Below, in pieces: positions 42,751 through 56,694 of a stretch of 64,000 bases of DNA. A model generated the notes under the pieces. The model was not told the origin of the DNA. It did not search any database and worked only from the letters and a program-made list of their open reading frames with translations. The position numbers and the translations under genes are program-made. The stretch's first letter is position 1, and every line of letters begins with the position of its first letter. The DNA is from the human T2T-CHM13v2.0 reference genome, Homo sapiens: NCBI RefSeq assembly GCF_009914755.1, contig NC_060933.1; one strand, written 5' to 3'.

Positions 42751-45700
42751 ATGGAATGCAATGGAATGGAATGGAATGGAATGGAATGGAATGGAATGGA
42801 ATGGAATGATACGGAATAGAAAGGAATGGAACGAAATGGAATGGAATGGAATGGAATGGAATGGAATGGAATGGAATGGAATGGAATCGTTCCGAGTGGA
42901 ATAGGAGGGAATGTATTCGAGTGGAATGGAAAGGAATGGAATCAACCAGAGTGGAATGGAAGGGAATGGAATGGAATGGAAACTAATAGAATGGAATCAA
43001 CCCGAGTGGAATGGAATGGAAAGGACTGGAATGGAATGGAATGGAATGCAATCAACTCGATTGTAATGGAATGGAATGGAATGGAATGGAATGGAATGGA
43101 ATTAACCCGAATACAATGGAATGGAATGGAACGGAACGGAATGGAGTGGAATGGAATGGAATCAACCAGAGTGCAATGGAATGGATTCGAATGGAATGGA
43201 ATGGAATGGAATGGATTCAACAACAATGGAATGGAAAGGAATGGAATCAACCCGAGTGTAATGGCATGGAATGGAACGGAATGGAATGGGATGGAATGGA
43301 ATGGTACGGAATAGAATGGAATGGAATGAAATGGAATGGAATGGAATGGAATGGAATGCAATGGAATGGAATGGAATGGACTGGAATGGATTCAACTCGA
43401 ATGGAATCAACTCGATTGCAATGGAATGGAATGGAATGGAAAGGAATAGAATGGAATCAACCCGAGTGGAATGGAATGGAAAGGACTGGAATGGAGTGGA
43501 ATGGAATGGAATGGAATTAACCCGAAAAGAATGAAATGGAATGGAATGGAACGGAATGTATTGGAATGGAATGGAATGGAATCAACCCGAGTGCAGGGGA
43601 ATGGAATGGAATGGAATGCAATGGAATGGAATCATCCGGAATGGAATGGAATGGAATGGAATGGAATGGAATCAACCGAAGTGCAGGGGAATGGAATGGA
43701 ATGGAATTCAATGGAATGGAATCATCCGGAATGGAATGGAATGGAATGGAATGGAATGGAATGGAATGGAATGGAATCAACTCGATTGCAATCGAATGGA
43801 ATGGAATGGAATTAACCCGAATAGAATGGAATGGAATTGAATGGAATGGAACGGAACGGAACGGAATGGAACGGAATGGAATGGAATGGAATGGAATGGA
43901 ACGGAAAGGAATGGAATGGAATGGAATGGAATGGAATGGAATCAACGCGAGTGCAGGGGAATGGAATGGAATGGAATGCAATGTAATGGAATCTTCCGGA
44001 ATGTAATGGAATGGAATGGAATGGAATGGAATGGAATAAACCCGATTGCAATGGAATGGAGTGGAATGGAATGGAATGGAATGGAAAAACCCGAACGGAA
44101 TGGAATGTAATGGAGAGTAAGGGAGTTGAACAGAATCAATCCGAATGTAATGGAATGGAATGGAACGGAATCGAATTGAATGGAATGGAATGGAATGCAA
44201 TGGAATGGAATCAACCCGAGTGCAATGGAATGGAGGGGAATGGAATGGAATGGAAAGGAAACTACCCGAATGGAATGGAATGTAATGGAATGTAAGGGAA
44301 TTGAATATAATCAATCCGAATGTAATGGAATGGAATGGAACGGAATGGAATGGAATGGAATGGAATGGAATGGAATGCAATGGAATGGAATCAACCCGAG
44401 TGCACTCGAATGGAATCGAATGGAATGGAATGCAATGGAATGGATTCAACTTGAATGGAATGGAAAGAATGGAATCAACACGAGAGTAAGGGCATGGATT
44501 GGAATGCAATGGAATGGAATCAACCCGAGTACAGGGGAATGGAATGGAATGGAATGCAATGGAATGGAATCATCCGTAATGGAATGGAAAGGAATGGAAT
44601 GGAATGGAATGGAATGGAATGGAATGGAATGGAATCAACACGATTGCAATCGAATGGAATGGAATGGAATTAACCCGAATAGAATGGAATGGAATGGAAT
44701 GGGACGGAACGGAATGGAATGGAATGGAATGGAATGGAATGGAAAGGTACGGAACGGAATGGAATGGAATGGAATGGAATGGAATGGAATCAACGCGAGT
44801 TCAGGGGAATGGAATGGAATGGAATGCAATGGAATGGAATCTTCCGGAATGGAATGGAATGGAATGGAATGGAATGAAATGCAATGGATCCAACTCGATT
44901 GCAATGGAATGCAATAGAATGGAATGGAATGGAATGGAAAGGAATTAACCCGAATAGAATGGAATGGAATGGAATGGAACGGAATGGAACGGAATGGAAC
45001 GGAATGGAATGGAATGGAATGGAATGGTATGGAATGGAATGGAATGGTACGGAATAGAATGGAATGGAATGGAATGGTACGGAATAGAATGGAATGGAAC
45101 GAATTGTAATGGAATGGAATTGAATGGAATGGAATGGAATGGAATGGAATCAACGCGAGTGCAGGGGAATATAATGGAAAGGAATGCAATGGAAAGGAAT
45201 CATCCGGAATGGAATGGAATGGAATGGAATGGAATGGAATGGAATGGAATCAACCCGAGTGCAATGGAATGGAGTGGAATGGAATGGAATGGAATGGAAC
45301 AACCCGAATGGAATGTAATGTAATGGAGAGTAAGGGAGTTGAATAGAATCAATCTGAATGTAATGGAATGGAATGCAACGGAATGGAATGGAATGGAAAG
45401 GAATCAACGCGAGTGCAGGGGAATGGAAAGGAATGGAATGGAATGGAATGGAATGGAATGGAATTAAATGGAATGGAATGGAATGGAATCAACCCGAGTG
45501 CAGGGGAATGGAATGGAATGGAATGGAATGCAATGGAATGCAATGGAATGGAATGGAATGGAATGGAATGGTATGGAATGGAATGGAATGCAATCAACCC
45601 GAGTGGAATGGCATGGAATGGAATGCAATGGAATGGAATGGAATGGAAACAACTCGAGTGGAAAGGAATGGAATGGAATGGAAAGGAATGGAATGAAATC

Positions 45701-48700
45701 AACTCGAGTGGAATGGAATGGAATGGAATGTATTGGAATGGATTGCAATGGAATGAAATGGAATGGAATGGAATGGAATCAATCATTCCGAGTGGAATGG
45801 AAGGGAATGTAATGGAATGGAATCAACCCGAGTGCAATCGAATGGAATCGAATGGAATGGAATGCAATGGAATGGATTCAACTTGAATGGAATGGAAAGA
45901 ATGGAATCAACACGAGTGGAATGGCATGGATTGGAATGGAATGGAATGGAATCAACCCGAGTACAGTGGAATGGAATGGAATGGAATGCAATGGAATGGA
46001 ATCATCTGTAATGGAATGGAAAGGAATGGAATGGAATGGAATGGAATGGAATGGAATGGAATGGAATGGAATGGAATCAACTCGAATGCAATCGAATGGA
46101 ATGGAATGGAATTAACCCGAATAGAATGGAATGGAATGGAATGGAACGGAACGGAATGGAATAGAATGGAATGGAATGGAACGGAACGGAACGGAATGGA
46201 ATGGAATGGAATGGAATGGAATGGAATCAACGCGAGTGCAGGGGAATGGAATGGAATGGAATGCAATGGAATGGAATCCTCCGGAATGGAATGGAATGGA
46301 ATGGAATGGAATGAAATGCAATGGATTCAACTCGATTGCAATGGAATGGAATAGAATGGAATGGAATGGAATGGAATGGAATTAATCCGAATAGAATGGA
46401 ATGGAATGGAATGGAACGGAATTGAACGGAATGGAATGGAATGGAATGGAATGGTATGGAATGGAATGGAATGGTACGGAATAGAATGGAATGGAACGAA
46501 TTGTAATGGAATGGAATTGAATGGAATGGAATGGAATGGAATGGAAGCAACGCGAGTGCAGGGGAATGTAATGGAACGGAATGCAATGGAATGGAATCAT
46601 CCGGAATGGAATGGAATGGAATGGAATGGAATGGAATGGAATCAACCCGAGTGCAATGGAATGGAGTGGAATGTAATGGAATGGAATGGAACAACCCGAA
46701 TGGAATGGAATGTAATGGAGAGTAAGGGAGTTGAATAGAATCAATCCGAATGTAATGGAATGGAATGCAACGGAATGGAATGGAATGGAATGGAATGGAA
46801 TGCAATGGAATGGAATCAACCCGAGTACAATGGAATGGAATGGAATGGAATGGAATGGAATGGAATGGAATGGAAAGATACGGAATAGAAAGGAATGGAA
46901 CCAAATGGAATGGAATGGAAAGGAATGGAATGGAATGGAATGGAATGGAATCGTTCCGAGTGGAATAGGAGGGAATGTATTCGAGTGGAATGGAAAGGAA
47001 TGGAATCAACCAGAGTGCAATGGAAGGGAATGGAATGGAATGGAAACTAATAGAATGGAATCAACCCGAGTGGAATGGAATGGAAAGGACTGGAATGGAA
47101 TGGAATGGAATGGAATCAACTCGATTGTAATGGAATGGAATGGAATGGAATGGAATGGAATGGAATTAACCCGAATACAATGGAATGGAATGGAATGGAA
47201 CGGAATGGAGTGGAATGGAATGGAATCAACCCGAGTGCAGGGGAATGGAATGGAATGGAATGCAATGGAATGGAATCATCCGGAATGTAATGGAATGGAA
47301 TGGAATGCAAAGCAATGGAATCAACTCGATTGCAATGGAATGGAATGGAATGGAAAGGAATACCTTGGAATCAACCCGAGTGGAATGGAATGGAAAGGAC
47401 TGGAATGGAGTGGAATGGAATGGAATGGAATGGAATGGAATGGAATCAACTCGATTGGAATGGAATGGAATGGAATGGAATTAACCCGAATAGAATGGAA
47501 TGGAATGGAATGGAATGGAATGGAACGGAAAGGAATGGAATGGAATGGAATTGAATGGAATGGAATGGAATCAACCCGACTGCAGGGGAATGGAATGGAA
47601 TGGAATGGAATGGAATGGAATGGAATGGAATCATCCGGAACGGAATGGAATGGAATGGAATGGAATCAACTAGATTGCAATGGAATGGAATGGAATGGAA
47701 TGGAATCGAATTGAATGGAATGGAATTAACCGGAATAGAATGGAATGGAATGTAATGGAACGGAATGGAATGGAATGGAATGGAATGGAATGGAATGGAA
47801 TCAACCCGAGTGCAGGGGAATGGAATGGAATGGAATGCAATGGAATGGAATCATCCGTAATGGAATGGAAAGGAATGGAATGGAATGGAATGGAATGGAA
47901 TGGAATGGAATGGAATCAACTCGATTGCAATCGAATGGAATGGAATGGAATTAACCCGAATAGAATGGAATGGAATGGAATGGAATGGAACGGAATGGAA
48001 TGGAATGGAATGGAACGGAAAGGAAGGGAATGGAATGGAATAGAATGGAATGGAATGCAATCAACGCGAGTGCAGGGGAATGGAATGGAATGGAATGCAA
48101 TGGAATGGAATCTTCCGGAATGGAATGGAATGGAATGGAATGGAATGGAATCCACGCGAGTGCAATGGAATGGAGTGGAATGGAATGGAATGGAATGGAA
48201 CAACCCGAATGTAATGGAATGGAATGGAGAGTAAGGGAGTTGAATAGAATCAATCCGAATGTAATGGAATGGAATGGAACGGAATGGAAATAAATGGAAT
48301 GGAATGGAATGTAATGGAATGGAATCAACCCGAGTGCAATGGAATGGAGAGGAATGGAATGGTATGGAATGGAAACTACCCGAATGGAATGGAATGTAAT
48401 GGAGTGTAAGGGAATTGAATATAATCAATCCGAATGGAATGCAATGGAATGGAACGGAACGGAATGGAATGGAATGGAATGGAATGCAATGGAATGGAAT
48501 CAACCCGAGTACAATCGAATGGAATCGAATGGAATGGAATGCAATGGAATGGATTCAACTTGAATGGAATGGAAAGAATGGAATCAACACGAGTGGAATG
48601 GCATGGATTGGAATGGAATGGAATGGAATCAACCCGAGTACAGTGGAATGGAATGGAATGGAATGCAATGGAATGGAATCATCCGTAATGGAATGGAAAG

Positions 48701-49013
48701 GAATGGAATGGAATGGAATGGAATGGAATGGAATCAACTCGATTGCAATCGAATGGAATGGAATGGAATTAACCCGAATAGAATGGAATGGAATGGAATG
48801 GAAAGGAAAGGAATGGAATGGAATGGAATGGAATGGAATGGAATGGAACGGAACGGAACGGAATGCAATGGAATGGAATGGAATGGAATCAACGCGAGTG
48901 CAGGGGAATGGAATGGAATGGAAGCAACGCGAGTGCAGGGGAATGTAATGGAACGGAATGCAATGGAATGGAATCATCCGGAATGGAATGGAATGGAATG
49001 GAATGGAATGGAA

Positions 49014-49170
49014 TCAACCCTAGTACAATGGAATGGAATGGAATGGAATGGAATGGAATGGAGTGGAATGGAATGGAATGGAATGCAATGGAATGGAATC
49101 AACCCTAGTACAATGGAATGGAATGGAATGGAATGGAATGGAATGGAATGGAGTGGAATGGAATGGAATG
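49014..49170 (+). repeat. ~85-bp near-tandem duplication of the caaccctagtacaat variant word
   Basis: tcaaccctagtacaatgg at 49014 and 49099, each followed by a GGAAT run containing ggagt. Confidence 0.75.
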
Positions 49171-52100
49171 CCTTCAAACCGAATGGAATGGAAAGGAATG
49201 GAATCAACACGAGTGGAATGGAATGGAATGGAATGGAATGGAATGGAATGGAATGGAATGATACGGAATAGAATGGAATGGAACGAAATGGAATGGAATG
49301 GAATGGAATGGAATGGTATGGAATGGAATGGAATCGTTCCGAGTGGAATAGGAGGGAATATATTCGAGTGGAATGGAAAGGAATGGAATCAACCAGAGTG
49401 GAATGGAAGGGAATGGAATGGAATGGAAACTAATAGAATGGAATCAACCCGAGTGGAATGGAATGGAAAGGACTGGAATGGAAAGGAATGGAATGGAATG
49501 GAATGGAATGGAATGGAATGGAATCAACGCGAGTGCAGGGGAATGGAATGGAATGGAATGGAATGGAATGGAATGGAATGGAATGGAATCAACCCCAGTG
49601 CCGGGGAATGTAATGGAACGGAATGCAATGGAATGGAATCATCCGGAATGGAATGGAATGGAATGCAATTGAATGGAATGGAATGGAATCAACCCGAGTG
49701 CAATGGAATGGAGTGAAATGGAATGGAATGGAATGGAAACAACCAGAATGGATTGGAATATAATGGAGTGTAAGGGAATTGAATAGAATCAATCTGAATG
49801 TAATGAAATGGAATGGAACGGAATGGAATGGAATGGAATGGAATGCAATCGAATGGAATCAACCCGAGTGCAATCGAATGGAATCGAATGGAATGGAATG
49901 CAATGGAATGGATTCAACTTGAATGGAATGGAAAGAATGGAATCAAAACGAGTGGAATGGCATGGATTGGAATGGAATGGAATGGAATCAACCCGAGTAC
50001 AGGGGAATGGAATGGAATGGAATGCAATGGAATGGAATCATCCGTAATGGAATGGAAAGGAATTGAATGGAACGGAATGGAATGGAATCAACTCGATTGC
50101 AATCAAATGGAATGGAATGGAATTAACCCGAATAGAATGGAATGGAATGGAATGGAACGGAAAAGAATGGAATGGAATGGAATGGAATGGAACGGAAAGG
50201 AAGGGAATGGAATGGAATAGAATGGAATGGAATGGAATCTACGCGAGTGCAGGGGAATGGAATGGAATGGAATGCAATGGAATGGAATCTTCCGGAATGG
50301 AATGGAATGGAATGGAATGGAATGGAATGGAATGGAATGGAATCAACACGACTGCAATGGAATGGAGTGGAATGGAATGGAATGGAATGGAACAACCCGA
50401 ATGGAATGGAATGTAATGGAGAGTAAGGGAGTTGAATAGAATCAATCCGAATGAAATGGAATAGAATGGAACGGAATGGAATTGAATGGAATGGAATGGA
50501 ATGCAATGGAATGGAGAGGAATGGAATGGAATGGAATGGAAACTTCCCGAATGGAAAGGAATGTAATGGAGTGTAAGGGAATTGAATAGAATCAATCCGA
50601 ATGTAATGTAATGGAATAGAATGGAATGGAATGGAATGGAATGGAATGCAATGAAATGGAATCAATCCGAGTGCAATCGAATGGAATCGAATGGAATGGA
50701 ATGCAATGGAATGGATTCAACTTGAATGGAAAGGAAAGAATGGAATCAACACGAGTGGAATGGCATGGATTGGAATGGAATGGAATGGAATCAACCCTAG
50801 TACAGGGGAATGGAATGGAATGGAATGCAATGGAATGGAATCATCCGTAATGGAATGGAAAGGAATGGAATGGAATGGAATGGAATGGAATGGAATGGAA
50901 TCAACTCGATTGCAATCGAATGGAATGGAATGGAATTAACCCGAATAGAATGGAATGCAATGGAATGGAACGGAACGGAATGGAATGGAATGGAATGGAA
51001 TGGAACGGAATGGAACGGAACGGAATGGAATGGAATGGAATGGAATGGAATGGAATGGAATCAACGCGAGTGCAGGGGAAAGGAATGGAATGGAATGCAA
51101 TGGAATGGAATCTTCCGGAATGGAATGGAATGGAATGCAATGGAATGAAATGCAATGGATTCAACTCGATTGCAATGGAATGGAATAGAATGGAGTGGAA
51201 TGGAATGGAATGGAATGGAATTAACCCGAATAGAATGGAATGGAATGGAATGGATCAGAATGGAACGGAATGGAAAGGAATGGAATGGAATGGAAAGGTA
51301 TGGAATGGAATGCAATGGTACGGAATAGAATGGAATGGAACGAATTGTAATGGAATGGAATTGAATGGAATGGAATGGAATGGAATGGAATCAACGCGAG
51401 TGCAGGGGAATGTAATGGAAGGGAATGCAATGGAATGGAATCATCCGGAATGGAATGGAATGGAATGGAATGGAATGGAATGGAATCAACCCGAGTGCAA
51501 TGGAATGGAGTGGAACGGAATGGAATGGGGTGGAACAACCCGAATGGAATGGAATGTAATGGAGAGTAAGGGAGTTGAATAGAATCAATCCGAATGTAAT
51601 GGAATGGAATGGAACGGAATGGAATGGAATGGAATGGAATGGAATGGAATGGAATCAACCCTAGTACAATGGAATGGAATGGAATGGAATGGAATGGAAT
51701 GGAATGGAATGCCTTCAAACCGAATGGAATGGAAAGGAATGGAATCAACACGAGTGGAATGGAATGGAATGGAATGGAATGGAATGGAATGATATGGATT
51801 AGAATGGAATGTAACGAAATGGAATGGAATGGAATGGAATTGAATGGAATCGTTCCGAGTGGAATAGGAGGGAACATATTCGAGTGGAATGGAAAGGAAT
51901 GGAATCAACCAGAGTGGAATGCAAGGGAATGGAATGGAATGGAACTACTAGAATGGAATCAACCCGAGTGGAATGGAATGGAAGGGACTGGAATGGAAAA
52001 AAATGGAATGGAATGCAATGGAATGGAATGGAATGGAATGGAATGGAATCAACGCGAGTGCAGGGGAATGGAATGGAATCGAATGGAATGGAATGGAATG

Positions 52101-55100
52101 GAATGGAATCAACCCGAGTGCAGGGGAATGAAATGGAACGGAATGCAATGGAATAGAATCATCCGGAATGGAATGGAATGGACTGTAATGGAATCAACCC
52201 GAGTGCAATGGAATGGAGTGGAATGGAATGGAATGGAATGGAACAACCCGAATGGAATGGAATGTAATGGAGAGTAAGGGAGTTGAATAGAATCAATCCG
52301 AATGTAAAGGAATGGAATGCAACGGAATGGAATGGAATGGAATGGAATGGAATGGAATGGAATGCAATGGAATGGAATCATCCGTAATGGAATGGAAAGG
52401 AATGGAATGGAATGGAATGGAATGAAATGGAATGGAATGGAATCAACTCGATTGCAATCGAATGGAATGGAATGGAATTAACCCGAATAGAATGGAATGG
52501 AATGGAATGGAACGGAACGGAACGGAATGGAATGCATTGGAATGGAATGGAATGCAATGGAATGGAACGGAAAGGAATGGAATGGAATGGAATGGAATGG
52601 AATGGAATGGAATGGAATGGAATGGAATCAATGCGAGTGCAGGGGAATGGAATGGAATGGAATGCAATTGAATGGAATCTTCCGGAATGGAATGGAATGG
52701 AATGGAATGGAATGGAATGGAATGGAATGGAATGGAATAAACCCGAGTGCAATGGAATGGAGTGGAATGGAATGGAATGGAATGGAACAACCCGAATGGA
52801 ATGGAATGTAATGGAGAGTAAGGGAGTTGAACAGAATCAATCGGAATGTAATGGAATGGAATGGAACGGAAAGGAATTGAATGGAATGGAATGGAATGCA
52901 ATGGAATGGAATCAACCCGAGTGCAATGGAATGGAGAGGAATGGAATGGAATGGAATGGAAACTACCCGAATGGAATGGAATGTAATGGAGTGTAAGGGT
53001 ATTGAATAGAATGAATCCGAATGTAATGGAAAGGAAGGGAACGGAATGGAATGGAATGGAAAGGAATGGAATGGAGTGTAAGGGAATTGAATAGAATCAA
53101 TCCGAATGTAATGGAATGGAATGTAATGGAATGGAATGGAATGGAATGGAATGGAATGCAATGGAGTGGAATCAACCCGAGTGCAATCGAATGGAATCGA
53201 ATGGAATGGAATGTAATGGAATGGATTCAACTTGAATGGAATGGAAAGAATGGAATCAACACGAGTGGAAGGGCATGGATTGGAATCCAATGGAGTGGAA
53301 TCAACCCGAGTGCAGTTGAATGGAATGGAATGGAATACAATGGAATGGAATCATCCGTAATGGAATGGAAAGGAATGGAATGGAATGGAATGGTATGGAA
53401 TGGAATCAACTCGATTGCAATCGAATGGAATGGAATGGAATTAACCCGAATAGAATGGAATGGAATGGAATGGAACGGAACGGAATGGAATGCAATGGAA
53501 TGGAATGGAATGGAATGGAACGGAACGGAACGGAACGGAATGGAATGGAATGGAATGGAATGGAATGGAATGGAATCAACGAGAGTGCAGGGGAATGGAA
53601 TGGAATGGAAAGCAATGGAATGGAATCTTCCGGAATGGAATGGAATGGAATGGAATGGAATGGAATGAAATGCAATGGATTCAACTCGATTGCAATGGAA
53701 TGGAATAGAATGGAATGGAATGGAATGGAATGGAATGGAATTAACCCGAATAGAATGGAATGGAATGGAATGGAACGGAATGGAACGGAATGGAATGGAA
53801 TGGAATGGAATGGAATGGAATGGAATGGTATGGAATGGAATGGAATGGTACGGAATAGAATGGAATGGAACGAATTGTAATGGAATGGAATTGAATGGAA
53901 TGGAATGGAATGGAATGGAATCAACGCGAGTGCAGGGGAATGTAATGGAACGGAATGCAATGGAATGGAATCATCCGGAATGGAATGGAATGGAATGGAA
54001 TAGAATGGAATAGAATGGAATCAACCCGAGTGCAATGGAATGGAGTGGAATGGAATGGAATGGAATGGAACAACCCGAATGGAATGGAATGTAATGGAGA
54101 GTAAGGGAGTTGAATAGAATCAATCCGAATATAATGGAATGGAATGCAACGGAATGAAATGGAATGGAATGGAATGGAATGCAATGGAATGGAATCAACC
54201 CGAGTACAATGGAATGGAATGGAATGGAATGCAATGGAATGGAATGGAATGGAATGCCTTCAAACCGATTGGAATGGAAAGGAATGGAATCAACACGAGT
54301 GGAATGGAATGGAATGGAATGGAATGGAATGGAATGATACGGAATAGAATGGAATGGAACGAAATGGAATGGAATGGAATGGAATGGAATGGAATGGAAT
54401 CGTTCCGAGTGGAAAGGAGGGAATGTATTCGAGTGGAATGGAAAGGAATGGAATCAACCAGAGTGGAATGGAAGGGAATAGAATGGAATGGAAACTAATA
54501 GAATGGAATCAACCCGAGTGGAATGGAATGGAAAGGACTGGAATGGAATGGAATGGAATGGAATGCAATAGAATGGAATGGAACGGAATCAACGCGAGTG
54601 CAGGGGAATGGAATGGAATGGAATGGAATGGAATGGAATCAACTCGATTGCAATCGAATGGAATGGAATAGAATTAACCCGAATAGAATGGAATGGAATG
54701 GAATCAAACGGAACGGAATGGAATGGAATGGAATGGAATGGAATGGAACGGAAAGGAAGGGAATGGAATGGAATGGAATGGAATGGAATGGAATGGAATG
54801 GAATCAACGCGAGTGCAGGGGAATGGAATGGAATGGAATGCAATGGAATGGAATCCTCCGGAACGGAATGGAATGGAATGGAATGGAATGGAATGGAATG
54901 GAATGGAATCAACCCGAGTGCAGTGGAATGGAATGGAATGGAATGGAATGGAATGGAATGGAACAACCCGAATGGAATCGAATGTAATGGAGAGTAAGGG
55001 AGTTGAATAGAATCAATCCGAATGTAATGGAATGGAATGCAACGGATTGGAATGGAATGGAATGGAATGGAATGCAATGGAATGGAATCAACCCGAGTAC

Positions 55101-56694
55101 AATGGAATGGAATGGAATGGAAAGGAATGGAATGGAATGGAATGGAATGGAATGGAATGGAATGGAATCAACGCGAGTGCAATGGAATAGAGAGGAATGG
55201 AATGGAATGGAATGGAAACTACCCGAATGGAATGGAAAGTAATGAAGGGTTAGGGAATTGAATAGAATCAATCCGAATGGAATGGAATGTAATGGAACGG
55301 AATATAATGTAATGGAATGGAATGGAATCAACCCGAGTGCAGGGGAATGGAATGGAATGGAATGCAATGGAATGGAATCATCCGGAATGGAATGGAATGG
55401 AATGGAATGGAATCAACGCGAGTGCAATGGAATGGAGTGAAATGGAATGGAATGGAATGGAAACAACCAGAATGGATTGGAATATAACGGAGTGTAAGGG
55501 AATTGAATAGAATCAATCTGAATGTAATGAAATGCAATGGAACGGAATGGAATGGAATGGAATGGAATGGAATGGAATGGAATGGAATGCAATGTAATGG
55601 AATCAACCCGAGTGCAATCGAATGGAATCGAATGGAATGGAATGCAATGGAATGGATTCAACTTGAATGGAATGGAAAGAATGGAATCAACACGAGTGGA
55701 ATGGCATGGATTAGAATGGAATGGAATGGAATCAACCCGAGTACAGGGGAATGGAATGCAATGGAATGCAATGGAATGGAATCATCCGTAATGGAATGGA
55801 AAGGAATGGAATGGAATGGAATGGAATGGAATGGAATGGAATGGAACGGAATCAACTCGATTGCAATCGAATGGAATGGAATGGAATTAACCCGAGTAGA
55901 ATGGAATGGAATGGAATGGAACGGAACGGAATGGAATGGAATGGAATGGAATGGAATGGAACGGAAAGGAATGGAATGGAATGGAATGGAATGGAATGGA
56001 ATGGAATGGAATCAACGCGAGTGCAGGGGAATGTAATGGAACGGAATGCAATGGAATGGAATCATCCGGAATGGAATGGAATGGAATGGAATGGAATGGA
56101 ATCAACCCGAGTGCAATGGAATGGAGTGGAATGGAATGGAATGGAATGGAACAACCCGAATGGAATGGAATGTAATGTAGAGTAAGGGAGTTGAAAAGAA
56201 TCAATCCGAATGTAATGGAATGGAATGGAAAGGAATGGAATGGAATGGAATGGAATGGAATGGAATGGAATGCAATGGAATGGAATCAACCCGAGTACAA
56301 TGGAATGGAATGGAATGGAATGGAATGGAATGGAATGATACGGAATAGAAAGGAATGGAACGAAATGGAATGGAATGGAATGGAATGGAATGGAATGGAA
56401 TGGAATGGAATGGAATCGTTCCGAGTGGAATAGGAGGGAATGTATTCGAGTGGAATGGAAAGGAATGGAATCAACCAGAGTGGAATGGAAGGGAATGGAA
56501 TGGAATGGAAATTAATAGAATGGAATCAACCCGAGTGGAATGGAATGCAAAAGGACTGGAATGGAATGGAATGGAATGGAATGGAATGGAATGGAATCAA
56601 CTCGATTGTAATAGAATGGAATGGAATGGAATGGAATGGAATGAAATGGCATGGAATGGAATTAACCCGAATAGAAAGGAATGGAATGGAATGG

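Noticed and set aside
45046-45105. 30-bp tandem repeat of ggtacggaatagaat, and a similar 35-bp repeat at ~48890-48945
   Set aside because: Real but ordinary in-register slippage events that add nothing beyond the 50-bp and 190-bp examples already reported.
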